A stretch of DNA of 64,000 bases. It comes from an uncultured Desulfosarcina sp. Its GTDB lineage: Bacteria > Desulfobacterota > Desulfobacteria > Desulfobacterales > Desulfosarcinaceae. A program made the translations under genes and the position numbers. A model generated the notes under the pieces. It searched no databases, was not told the DNA's origin, and saw only the letters and a program-made list of their open reading frames with translations. Positions 52,073 through 61,414 of the stretch are shown here, one piece after another (position 1 is the stretch's first letter; the number at the start of each line of letters is the position of its first letter). The stretch spans positions 1,856,001 through 1,920,000 of the forward strand of contig CAXXWQ010000003.1 in NCBI GenBank assembly GCA_963674945.2, given 5' to 3'.

Positions 52073-52906
52073 TCACGACGGAGCCGAATCATCGCAAAGC
52101 AACTGCCGAAGACGTTCGCTCATGAAAATGATGGACTCGATGTCCAGGTGATCGGTGATGGTTTCGTCAAAGAGGAGTTTGGCGGTGGCGCCGAATCCCT
52201 CTTCCCGATCTTCATCCCAAAAGAGAAGCATGACCGGTACACGGGGAAGCACCCGGAAAAAAAATGCCGCATCCGCACTATTGTCGGCATCGGTCCGCAG
52301 CTTACCACCAATGCGTGTGGCAGCCTCGGTCAATGCTGCGACACGGCCGTGAAAGAAGTCGGCCAGTGGGGTCTCCACATGCCCCGCCATGGTTTTCACC
52401 TTGGATATGGTGTTGGGGAATTCCTCGAATCCTTTCCACTTTCCCGTGGGCATTCGTGTTCCGCCCTGGGCCATATGGTTATATAAGAAAACTTTTTCCC
52501 AGCGTGTCATCGTCTCGCCGTCGGATCTTCGGATATCTTCGGTGTCGATGAGAACATGACCCGAGAAATACGGCAGCTTCAAGGTCGGACCGGCATCCGT
52601 TTCGATCCGCACACCACCGATCCGCTGGGGCAGGTCCGCCACATCCATGGAAGCCGATCGCTCCTTTGCCCACTTCAGGGCGTCTTCGGCCATGTCCCGC
52701 TTCGTCCATTTGCCTTGGGCGTACTGGGCCGACAACTCTTTGCCCAATCGTTTGACGACATCGGGTGCAAGATGGGGACAACCCACGAGGGGATGCTTTT
52801 GAGAAACCACCATTCCCGCAAAGGCGAGACAGGTGGAAAAACCGCAATCCCCGCAATTGGTCTTGGGCAGCACGTCCCGGTACAGATCGACGACGGACAG
52901 CGCCAT
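52073..52906 (-). CDS. DUF3786 protein with N-terminal putative Fe-S domain
   Basis: LPKTNCGDCGFSTCLAFA..CP; LPRVPVMLLFWDED...LLFD. Confidence 0.85.
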   Translation of the reverse strand: MALSVVDLYRDVLPKTNCGDCGFSTCLAFAGMVVSQKHPLVGCPHLAPDVVKRLGKELSAQYAQGKWTKRDMAEDALKWAKERSASMDVADLPQRIGGVRIETDAGPTLKLPYFSGHVLIDTEDIRRSDGETMTRWEKVFLYNHMAQGGTRMPTGKWKGFEEFPNTISKVKTMAGHVETPLADFFHGRVAALTEAATRIGGKLRTDADNSADAAFFFRVLPRVPVMLLFWDEDREEGFGATAKLLFDETITDHLDIESIIFMSERLRQLLCDDSAPS

Positions 52907-52909
52907 GGT

Positions 52910-53365
52910 TTACCACACCTCAGGGTAACCGATGTCCGTGAAAGCGGTTTCCATCTTCAACTTGTGATCCCGCTCCATTGCCGCCAAATCCAAAAAGACC
53001 TGCCGTTTCTCCGAATCATCACACATCTCGGCCATGGCGGTGTACTGCTTCATCGCCGCCTCCTCCTTTTTCATGGCCAGGGCAAAGGCGTCCGCCGGCG
53101 TCATCTCCATGGAAAGCGAAGGTTCCTCCATGGTTTCGGCCACCTTGTAATCCCGGGTCTCGCTGAAATAGCGGTCAACGGTGTCGCTGTTGTAGATTTT
53201 GGTCAAAATATCCCGATGTTTCTTCTCCTCATCGGCAAGAGAGGAAAACAACTTCTTCAGATAGGGGTCTTTCAGGGTGTTGGCCGCATCTTCGTAAAAT
53301 TTCTTTGCCTCCACCTCGTTGGCAATGGCCTCCTTGATGATCTCCTTGTAGGTCTTCAAATCCAT
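52910..53365 (-). CDS. Ferritin-like/rubrerythrin-family di-iron protein
   Basis: AIANEVEAKKFY, EEKKH, KEEAAMKQY, ERDH. Confidence 0.88.
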   Translation of the reverse strand: MDLKTYKEIIKEAIANEVEAKKFYEDAANTLKDPYLKKLFSSLADEEKKHRDILTKIYNSDTVDRYFSETRDYKVAETMEEPSLSMEMTPADAFALAMKKEEAAMKQYTAMAEMCDDSEKRQVFLDLAAMERDHKLKMETAFTDIGYPEVW

Positions 53366-53492
53366 GTACATATCTCCTTGGGGAAAGGTAAGTAAGATGG
53401 ATTCCATGGCGGGCACACAACATTTGGAACGTTCTTCCCATCCATGGAGACGATAACCACAGTACAGCTACGGCACCCATGCGGACATAAAT

Positions 53493-53508
53493 AGCAATCT
53501 TTGTGCCA
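53493..53508 (-). promoter_or_regulatory. sigma54 (-24/-12) promoter
   Basis: Minus strand TGGCAC-AAAGA-TTGCT, exact consensus spacing. Confidence 0.8.
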
Positions 53509-53598
53509 CTCAAAAAGCCATGGCTGGTCCATAAAAAATCGTGTATAGTAGTGTGACCTTTCATTGCATATCACTAAATTCTTTACATGGAGGACCCG

Positions 53599-54435
53599 AT
53601 GAAATGGCGACAATTTCTGACACCGGTGAAGTCCATTGACACGGACCAGGCCAAGGCCTACCTCGCCGATAAAAGTGTCGACGCGGTGACTGTTCTGGAC
53701 GTACGCCAACCCAAAGAATACGAGGCAGGCCACATCCCGGGGGCCGTTCTCGCCCCGTTGCCCCAGCTTGCCGACCACCTGGATCGTCTGGATGGAAGCA
53801 AGCCGATCCTGGTCTACTGCGCTTCCGGAGGCCGCAGCCGGGTGGCGGCACAGCTGCTCTCGGGCAAGGGGTTTGCGGAAATCATCAACGTCGCCGGCGG
53901 TTTCAATGCCTGGACCAGCGAAGCGGCATTTATGGGAGAGGAGAAAGGACTGGCGCTATTCGAGGGCGTCACCTCCGTGGAACGCGCATTGACCGTGGCC
54001 TACGCGTTGGAAGCCGGCCTGAAGGATTTTTACGATTCCATGGCGGAAAAGGTCGAGAGTGAACCGGCGAGACAACTGTTTCACCAACTGTCTCAAATTG
54101 AGGTGAAACATCAAGATCGAATTCTGGAACAGTTCGAAACGCTGACCGGAACACCCGCCTCACGGGAACGCTTCGAAACCGAACGACTCCCCGAAGTGCT
54201 CGAAGGCGGCCTGACCACCGAGGAGTACGCCAGTCTCCTCATGCCCAGCTACGATACGGTCACCGACATCATCGAACTGGCCATGTCAATTGAAGCCCAG
54301 GCACTCGATCTCTACCTCCGGGCATCGGAAAAGGCGGAGAACGAGACCGGGAAAAAGGCGCTGATACAGATCGCCAACGAGGAGAAGATCCATCTGGAAC
54401 GGTTGGGCCAGCTGATGGAGGAAGTGATTTCATGA
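53599..54435 (+). CDS. Rhodanese-ferritin-like fusion protein
   Basis: LDVRQPKEYEAGHIPGA, YCASGGRS, then EVKH and EEKIH di-iron motifs. Confidence 0.88.
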   Translation: MKWRQFLTPVKSIDTDQAKAYLADKSVDAVTVLDVRQPKEYEAGHIPGAVLAPLPQLADHLDRLDGSKPILVYCASGGRSRVAAQLLSGKGFAEIINVAGGFNAWTSEAAFMGEEKGLALFEGVTSVERALTVAYALEAGLKDFYDSMAEKVESEPARQLFHQLSQIEVKHQDRILEQFETLTGTPASRERFETERLPEVLEGGLTTEEYASLLMPSYDTVTDIIELAMSIEAQALDLYLRASEKAENETGKKALIQIANEEKIHLERLGQLMEEVIS

Positions 54436-55547
54436 AAAAACGCCTGGTCCTCATCGGCGGCGGCCATGCCCATATGGTCACCCTTTCCAAATTGTCTACC
54501 CTTGTCGAAAAGGGTCATTCGGTCACCGTTATCGGGCCGTCCGATCACCATTACTATTCCGGAATGGGACCAGGCATGCTATCGGGCACCTACCGACCGG
54601 ACGAGATCCGCTTCGCCACCAAAAAGGTCGTAGAGAAACAAGGCGGCATCTTCATCCAAGGAAAGGCGGTCCGAATCGATCCGGAAAAAAAGGTCGTCAT
54701 GTTAGAAAGCCAGGAGACCGTCCCCTACGACGTGCTCTCCTGCAATGCGGGCAGCCACGTTCCCAGGCCGGACATCCAGCAAGATGCGGCCGATGACATC
54801 TTCACCGTAAAACCCATCGAGCGTCTCATGGAGGCAAAAAAGCGCCTGGCAGACCATTTCGGCCGTCACAGGCCGGCGGTGGTCATCATCGGCGGAGGTC
54901 CTTCGGCGGCCGAGGTCGCGGGAAACGTCTGGCAGCTTGGGAAAACCACCGGAGGGCACATGCCGCGCATCACCATCGTTGCGGGAAAGACATTCATGTC
55001 CCGGTTTCCCGTGTCGGTACGCCGCCGGATCGTTCGCACCCTGGACCGCAGGGGAATCGAGATCCGGGAAGGCGCCTATGCCCGAGGTGCGTCTTCCTCA
55101 GGAATCGACCTGGACAATGGTGAGACACTGCCCGCGGATTTCATATTTTTGGCCCTGGGCGTCCGTCCATCTCCCATATTCGCCGACTCCGGTATCGAAA
55201 CGGGTCCCGATGGCGGCATGAAGGTCAATCGTTTTTTGCAAAGTACACAATATCCGGAAATCTTCGGCGGCGGCGACTGTATTTATTTCCAGGATACCCC
55301 CCTGGATAAGGTAGGCGTTTATGCCGTGCGGGAAAACCCGGTACTCTTCGCCAACATCGAAGCCCGATTAAATGGTGGTGAATTGATGCCCTTCGATCCG
55401 GGGGGGGACTACCTGCTGATTTTCAACCTGGGTGGGGGCGTGGGCGTTTTGAAGAAAAGATGGTTGGAATTCGGGGGGCGGGCCGCCTTCATGATCAAGG
55501 ATTATATCGATCGCAGGTTCATGAAAGAGTTCCAGGCCATAGAGTGA
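54432..55547 (+). CDS. FAD-dependent pyridine nucleotide oxidoreductase (resembles the N-terminal domain of SelD fusions / NDH-2-like)
   Basis: LVLIGGGHAH, YYSGMGPG, GGGPSAAE, FGGGDC, KDYIDRRFM. Confidence 0.82.
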   Translation: MKKRLVLIGGGHAHMVTLSKLSTLVEKGHSVTVIGPSDHHYYSGMGPGMLSGTYRPDEIRFATKKVVEKQGGIFIQGKAVRIDPEKKVVMLESQETVPYDVLSCNAGSHVPRPDIQQDAADDIFTVKPIERLMEAKKRLADHFGRHRPAVVIIGGGPSAAEVAGNVWQLGKTTGGHMPRITIVAGKTFMSRFPVSVRRRIVRTLDRRGIEIREGAYARGASSSGIDLDNGETLPADFIFLALGVRPSPIFADSGIETGPDGGMKVNRFLQSTQYPEIFGGGDCIYFQDTPLDKVGVYAVRENPVLFANIEARLNGGELMPFDPGGDYLLIFNLGGGVGVLKKRWLEFGGRAAFMIKDYIDRRFMKEFQAIE

Positions 55548-55555
55548 AAGGCGTC

Positions 55556-56641
55556 ATGGAAACCCATACCGCTGCACCTTCCGACTCCATCGGGCCGGAA
55601 GAACGGGCAACGTTCGCCATTGCCCTTCTCACCAACCTGCCCTATGCCGCTGCATCGCTCACCGGTATTGGCGGGGACATCAAGGCGGATCCGTCTCATT
55701 TCGTGGTCCAGGAAAAACTGCCTTACGAACCATGTGGCGAGGGGGAACACATCTACGTCACCTTCCGCAGAAGCGGATGGAACACGGCCGACGCCGCGCG
55801 AACCATCCAGAAACGGTTGCACCTGAAGCCATCGGACGTGGGATGGGGCGGCCGCAAGGACAAAACTGCCGTTGTGGAACAGACCCTCTCCTTTCGATGC
55901 GGCGTCAAACGTCCGTTGTCGGACATCGAGGAGGTATTTGCCGACCTGCCTTTCGAGCTGATGGATGTCCGTCGACACGGCAACAAGATCAAGACCGGCC
56001 ACGTGGCCGCCAATCGGTTTTCCATCATCGTCAGTGATCCCGTCCCCGATGCCCTGGAAAAAGCGAAAAAGATCGAAAAGCGACTGAAGCATACCGGCGT
56101 GCCCAATTTTTACGGGCCACAGCGTTTCGGCTACGGGATGCGAAACGTCCAAAAGGGTTTTTCTCTATTCTCCGCCACAAAAAGGGGGAAAAAGGATTCG
56201 TTCATGGTCTCTGTGATCCAGTCGGCATTGTTCAACATCTGGCTTGAACGACGAATGGAATCGGGGCAATTCAGCACGCTGCTATCCGGTGATATCGTCA
56301 AGAAGACCGATACGGGGGGCATGTTCACCGTGGAAGATCTCACGGCCGAGGCCCTTCGTTTCAACGCCGGTGAGATCGTCTACACCGGCCCCATGTTCGG
56401 ATTCAAAATGAAACCGGCCCGGGACACGGCCGGTGAAAGGGAGGTGGAAGTGCTGGATCTGTTTCATCTTACCCCCCAGGATTTTCGCCCCTTTCGCGCA
56501 CCGGGTTCCCGTCGGGAGGCCGTTTTACACCTATCGGATCTTGCGATCACAGCGGTTGAAAAAGGATTGCAGTTCTCCTTCACGCTGCCCGCCGGTGCTT
56601 ATGCCACCACGGTGTTGCGTGAGTTCACCCGTGAGACGTAA
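55556..56641 (+). CDS. truD: tRNA pseudouridine(13) synthase
   Basis: GEGEH, GRKDKTA catalytic Asp, PNFYGPQRFG, FTLPAGAYAT. Confidence 0.93.
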   Translation: METHTAAPSDSIGPEERATFAIALLTNLPYAAASLTGIGGDIKADPSHFVVQEKLPYEPCGEGEHIYVTFRRSGWNTADAARTIQKRLHLKPSDVGWGGRKDKTAVVEQTLSFRCGVKRPLSDIEEVFADLPFELMDVRRHGNKIKTGHVAANRFSIIVSDPVPDALEKAKKIEKRLKHTGVPNFYGPQRFGYGMRNVQKGFSLFSATKRGKKDSFMVSVIQSALFNIWLERRMESGQFSTLLSGDIVKKTDTGGMFTVEDLTAEALRFNAGEIVYTGPMFGFKMKPARDTAGEREVEVLDLFHLTPQDFRPFRAPGSRREAVLHLSDLAITAVEKGLQFSFTLPAGAYATTVLREFTRET

Positions 56642-56642
56642 A

Positions 56643-57380
56643 ATGGAATTGCCCATACAAATCCGAATATACCCCGGTCGTCGATTGTTTTGCATCCTCG
56701 CCCTCGTCTTGCTATTCGCAGCAACCGGTTCATCGACAACGCTATTCGATGGAATGCGAAAAGAGATGGTGCAGCATCAGCTTCGCGCCCGGGACATCAC
56801 GTCTGTTGCGGTACTGGCCGCCATGGGGGAAGTCCCCCGCCATCGGTTCGTTCCGGAAAATCTTCGCCATATGGCCTATCAGGACACCCCCCTTCCCATC
56901 GGCCATGGACAAACCATATCGCAGCCTTATATTGTGGCCTTGATGACGCAGGTTCTGGACGTGACACCCGGCAAACGAATTTTGGAGATCGGCACCGGCT
57001 CCGGATATCAGGCCGCGATACTGGCGCATCTCGGCGCGACGGTCTTCAGTATAGAGATCGTACCCGAACTGGGAAGGCGGGCCGAAAAAATCCTGAAGGA
57101 GAATGGATACGGCACGGTGAAGGTGAAAATCGGAGACGGGTACAAAGGATGGCCCGAACACGCCCCCTTCGATGCCATCATCGTCACCTGTGCGCCAGAG
57201 AAGATTCCACAACCATTAAAAAGACAGCTCGCCGAGGGCGGCCGCATGGTCATCCCCGTGGGGGAGAAATATCATCAACAGCTCGTGCTGCTGACCAAAC
57301 AAGCGGGAGAACTCCGGAAGCAAAGAATCGTGGACGTACGATTCGTTCCCATGGTAGACGAGAAGGGGAAGACCTATTGA
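56643..57380 (+). CDS. pcm: Protein-L-isoaspartate O-methyltransferase
   Basis: GQTISQPYIVA, LEIGTGSGYQAA, APFDAII, VRFVPM. Confidence 0.93.
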   Translation: MELPIQIRIYPGRRLFCILALVLLFAATGSSTTLFDGMRKEMVQHQLRARDITSVAVLAAMGEVPRHRFVPENLRHMAYQDTPLPIGHGQTISQPYIVALMTQVLDVTPGKRILEIGTGSGYQAAILAHLGATVFSIEIVPELGRRAEKILKENGYGTVKVKIGDGYKGWPEHAPFDAIIVTCAPEKIPQPLKRQLAEGGRMVIPVGEKYHQQLVLLTKQAGELRKQRIVDVRFVPMVDEKGKTY

Positions 57381-57381
57381 T

Positions 57382-58005
57382 ATGGATCTGGGATTGATTT
57401 TACTGCAAGTGGCGGCACTGTTCATGGCCCTGACCTTCCACGAATTCGCCCATGGCTGGGTGGCCAGAAGGCTGGGCGATCACACGGCCGAGGCACAGGG
57501 GCGTCTGACCTTGAATCCAAAGGATCACATCGATCCATTCGGCACGGTCCTCTTGCCGGCCATGCTGATCCTGATAAAATCGCCGGTGGTTTTCGGATGG
57601 GCCAAGCCGGTGCCCATCAACCCGAGAAATTTCAAGGATCCGAGACGGGGCATGATGTGGTCGGCCCTGGGCGGCCCTCTGATCAATCTCTTTCTGGCAG
57701 CCGTACTGACGTTTCTTCTCAAGGCGATGATGGGCCTTGGCCTTTTCGTCCACGGTCTCTTTCTCTTTCTGATCATCGCCATTCAGCTGAATGTTTTTCT
57801 GGCGATCTTCAACCTCATCCCCATTCCCCCCCTGGATGGCGGCCGTGTACTGGTGGGGCTTTTGCCGGCCCGTCAGGCCATGGCCCTGAGCCGCATCGAA
57901 CCCTATGGATTTTTAATCGTTCTGGCCTTGATGTATTTTCACGTGCTGGATCGTTTCGTTTTTTATCCCATCCAGATGCTGTTGCGAATGCTGGGCGTTG
58001 CCTGA
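57382..58005 (+). CDS. Site-2 protease (peptidase M50)
   Basis: HEFAH, NLIPIPPLDG. Confidence 0.92.
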   Translation: MDLGLILLQVAALFMALTFHEFAHGWVARRLGDHTAEAQGRLTLNPKDHIDPFGTVLLPAMLILIKSPVVFGWAKPVPINPRNFKDPRRGMMWSALGGPLINLFLAAVLTFLLKAMMGLGLFVHGLFLFLIIAIQLNVFLAIFNLIPIPPLDGGRVLVGLLPARQAMALSRIEPYGFLIVLALMYFHVLDRFVFYPIQMLLRMLGVA

Positions 58006-58052
58006 CACCTGCTGAAAAGGAAAACGCATCGCCCCGCAGCCCCCGTGTCATC

Positions 58053-59846
58053 TCAAGGAAGTTGTCCATCGATCACGCTTCGCACCAGTTTTGCCATTTT
58101 CGATCTTACGATCGGTTTGAGCAAAAACCCCTTGACCCCCATCTCCGACGCTTTCTTCCGGTCGATTCGCTCACTGAACCCGGTACAGATGATAATCGGA
58201 ATATCGAACCGAATCAGGATCAATTGTCTGGCCAGTTCTTCGCCCGTCATGTTGGGCATGGACATGTCCGTGATGACCAGATCGAACTCGTTGGGATGGT
58301 CCTGGAAGGCGGCCAGGGCCTCGACACCGTTGACCCGCGACGTAATCCGGTATCCAAGGCGCGTAAGCATCTCCGTCTCATACCGGAGGATGGATGGCTC
58401 GTCGTCGATGAGCAAGATGTGCTCCGTGCCACCCGGATAGACAGTCGCATCCTCCATCGCCTGTGCATCGAATGCCCGTCGCATGAGCGGAAAAAATACG
58501 CGAAAGGTCGTTCCTTCTCCCACACGACTTTCGACCTGGATATCACCGCCGTAATCATTCACGATTCCATACACCACGGCCAATCCGAGACCGGTTCCCT
58601 TGCCCTGGGGTTTGGTGGTAAAATAGGGCTCGAATATTTTGTCCATGACCTCTTTTTCCATGCCACTGCCGTCATCGGACACCGTTAGAACCACGTATTG
58701 CCCCGGAGTGAGGCCATTGTGATCCGCATCGTCCCGGGCAACATGGGTCTGCTGCAACCGAACGGTGATCTTGCCACCTGTCTTTTGCACGGCATGGTAG
58801 GCATTGGTGATCAGGTTCATCGCAACCTGATGGACCTGCGTCGGATCGGCCATGACCAGGCCGCAGTCGCCTTGAATCCGTTGGTGAATCTCGATATCCG
58901 CCGGGATCGTCGAGCGACTCAGCTTCAATACCTCGGCGAGAACCTGCTGGACCCGTATGGGTTTTTTCTGGTTCTCGTTCTGGCGGCTGAATGCCAGGAT
59001 CTGCTTCACCAGGTCACGGCCTCTTTTTCCCGCCTTGAAGATTTCCTGTGCGTTTTCATGCTCCATGCTTCCGGCAGGAAGATCTTCCATGAGCAATTCC
59101 GAAAGCCCCATGATGGGAAACAGGATGTTGTTGAAATCGTGGGCAATGCCACCGGCCAGATTGCCGATGGATTCCATCTTCTGTGCCTGCTGCAGACGGG
59201 CTTCCGTTAATAGCTGCTTTTTTTGCAGTTCCTTCAGTTCGGTAATATCGGTGGCGATTTGCAGATGAACAATCTGCCCATCGGACCATTGAATCGCCCG
59301 GTCGTAGTAAACGGACCAGCGTTTGGTGATCGGGTTTTCCCCCTCCCAGACGATAACACCCGTCGGCTTGTTGGATTCGTCCAGCAATTTTTCTTTCTTG
59401 CAATCGGCGCATGGTTCCGAACAATTGCGGAAGGCCTGGAAGCAAGCCTTTCCGGAAAAATCTCCCCCGAATGCATCGATCATTTTCTGGTTCATGAAAC
59501 GAATCTCGTGTGTCTCCATGTCCGACACGGATACGGTGGCATCGATACTGTTCAGTATCGTCAAGAGACTGTCGTGGGCGATTCGGCGCTGCTCTTCGGC
59601 CCGTTGCCGGATATGAAAAACCCTTACGATGACGCTCCCCAACACCACGAACAAGAAGATAACCATCAGGCGGGACACCACCTGGTAGGGCGGAACGCGC
59701 AGCAGGAAGGTATCGACCCAGGATACCGGTTCACTGAAAATCAGGCTTTTCAGATTGGTTTCGAAGGAGATATAGGATAATACGCTGTCCAGAACCCAAT
59801 AGGCGACACAGACCAAAACGATGAGAAGATATCCGGCTCGTTGCAT
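58053..59846 (-). CDS. Membrane-bound hybrid histidine kinase (PAS, HisKA, HATPase, REC)
   Basis: Two N-terminal TM helices, GGIAHDFNN, GKGTGLGL, TDMSMP. Confidence 0.92.
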   Translation of the reverse strand: MQRAGYLLIVLVCVAYWVLDSVLSYISFETNLKSLIFSEPVSWVDTFLLRVPPYQVVSRLMVIFLFVVLGSVIVRVFHIRQRAEEQRRIAHDSLLTILNSIDATVSVSDMETHEIRFMNQKMIDAFGGDFSGKACFQAFRNCSEPCADCKKEKLLDESNKPTGVIVWEGENPITKRWSVYYDRAIQWSDGQIVHLQIATDITELKELQKKQLLTEARLQQAQKMESIGNLAGGIAHDFNNILFPIMGLSELLMEDLPAGSMEHENAQEIFKAGKRGRDLVKQILAFSRQNENQKKPIRVQQVLAEVLKLSRSTIPADIEIHQRIQGDCGLVMADPTQVHQVAMNLITNAYHAVQKTGGKITVRLQQTHVARDDADHNGLTPGQYVVLTVSDDGSGMEKEVMDKIFEPYFTTKPQGKGTGLGLAVVYGIVNDYGGDIQVESRVGEGTTFRVFFPLMRRAFDAQAMEDATVYPGGTEHILLIDDEPSILRYETEMLTRLGYRITSRVNGVEALAAFQDHPNEFDLVITDMSMPNMTGEELARQLILIRFDIPIIICTGFSERIDRKKASEMGVKGFLLKPIVRSKMAKLVRSVIDGQLP

Positions 59847-59849
59847 GGG

Positions 59850-60983
59850 CTACTCGTCGTAAATTTCAGTTGCGATCTTCAAGATACTGCCGGGGATTAC
59901 GAAGCCGATCTGTTTCGCGGTTTTTCGATTCACCGCAACGTCCAGCGGGTCTTCAAACAGCTGGGGCAGCGACGACGGCTTCGCGCCATTTAAAATCTTC
60001 CCAAATTTGTCTGCATTGTACGCGCCCAATTCTGCATATCCGGAATCACTGGAGATACTCAACATGATTCCCCGCCGGACGAATTGGGACCCGGTCATGG
60101 CAAATGAAGGGATTTTGGCTGAGATGAAAATCTCGGCGATCTTTTCGGGAATTCGATCCATGCAGGTCAACGCGGTAACATAGACGGCATCTGCGGTATC
60201 CGCCAATTGGCGATAACAGTCCACACAGGTTCGGTCGGATTCTTCGAGTTCTGTTGTCGTGTCGATAACATTGCAGGAGACGACGTTAAAATTCCGCTCA
60301 TGGGCAACCTTGTAAATTTGGTCAACCGCACCGTAGACACGCCCGTCCGGCGTATCTTCGAAGGCCACGCCGAGGGTTTCGAATCCGACGATACGGTGAA
60401 ACATTCGGACCTGTCGCAAATAGCGATTGGGATCGACTCTGGCGGTCACATGGTCGTATCCGGATGACGATACACTTTTGATGATCCCCGCACGCAGTGG
60501 ATCGGAGGTGGAAAGAACCAGCGTGGGAACGTGGTGCCTATCGTTGGCGAGATCCTGCCCCGCCCAGGTACCCATTGCGATGACAAGGTCCAATTTTCCG
60601 GCCCGCAGTTTTTCCATCATTGCTTTTCGTATCTGTTCTCTCTGTTCCTCGTCCCAATTGGCGCTGTAACCATCATCGATACTGAAAAAGAGAAAGTCCG
60701 TATCGCATTGTGTCAGCCATTGCCAATAGGGCTTGGGAATTTCACCATGCAGTTTCGGCGGCTTGTGCTTTTCGATCCACCCCAATGTCATCAGGCCGTC
60801 GATGAGTGTCCGCATTGTCTCCGTATAGTCTGAATAGGGCCCCCCTTCATAATAGCCGATTCGCCATGGCTTTCCATTGTTGCGCCGCGGCATGTTGTCC
60901 TGCGCGATTCCACCCGCGGCAAATACCCACAAAAGCAATACCAGCATGGCCACAACCACATCGATAAATCGCCGAATTCTCAC
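59850..60983 (-). CDS. ABC-type substrate-binding protein, co-operonic with the kinase
   Basis: Signal peptide; DLVIAMGTWAG, AVNRKTAKQIG C-terminal motif; GTG start assumed. Confidence 0.78.
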   Translation of the reverse strand: MRIRRFIDVVVAMLVLLLWVFAAGGIAQDNMPRRNNGKPWRIGYYEGGPYSDYTETMRTLIDGLMTLGWIEKHKPPKLHGEIPKPYWQWLTQCDTDFLFFSIDDGYSANWDEEQREQIRKAMMEKLRAGKLDLVIAMGTWAGQDLANDRHHVPTLVLSTSDPLRAGIIKSVSSSGYDHVTARVDPNRYLRQVRMFHRIVGFETLGVAFEDTPDGRVYGAVDQIYKVAHERNFNVVSCNVIDTTTELEESDRTCVDCYRQLADTADAVYVTALTCMDRIPEKIAEIFISAKIPSFAMTGSQFVRRGIMLSISSDSGYAELGAYNADKFGKILNGAKPSSLPQLFEDPLDVAVNRKTAKQIGFVIPGSILKIATEIYDE

Positions 60984-61239
60984 TTTCTCTCCTCTCTCTT
61001 GTCGGTGGTCCCTGAAATGCAGTCCTCCTTGAAGATCCGGAAACATCATCCATCCATGGGTGTTTTGGGGCGCAACCAGACAGGTATCAACGTATTTCGA
61101 AGCAAAAGGAGATTTGCACAGGTGATAAGGATCTTGGACCTGCGACATGATCGAGGTAGCCCCGGAAAATCAATATTTTCATTTGTTTCTTTATATGCGA
61201 ACAATAACCGGCAGGTCAAAGCCTTTTCATCCAAAGAAA

Positions 61240-61269
61240 TTGACAACCCCGAATCCATTTTGCTAACGT
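61240..61269 (+). promoter_or_regulatory. Probable sigma70 promoter for the ActB-like operon
   Basis: TTGACA-N18-TAACGT with upstream TG. Confidence 0.5.
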
Positions 61270-61414
61270 TAAGCGAGCTTCATTCAGATCAACAAAACCT
61301 CGATTATCATCAACAGCAGCAAGCCGCAGCGATATCGGCAGTAGGGTAGTTTCTTCCCAAAATGGACCAACCATGCCACCGGCATGGGAAACCTGTCACG
61401 AACGGGCGTAACGC

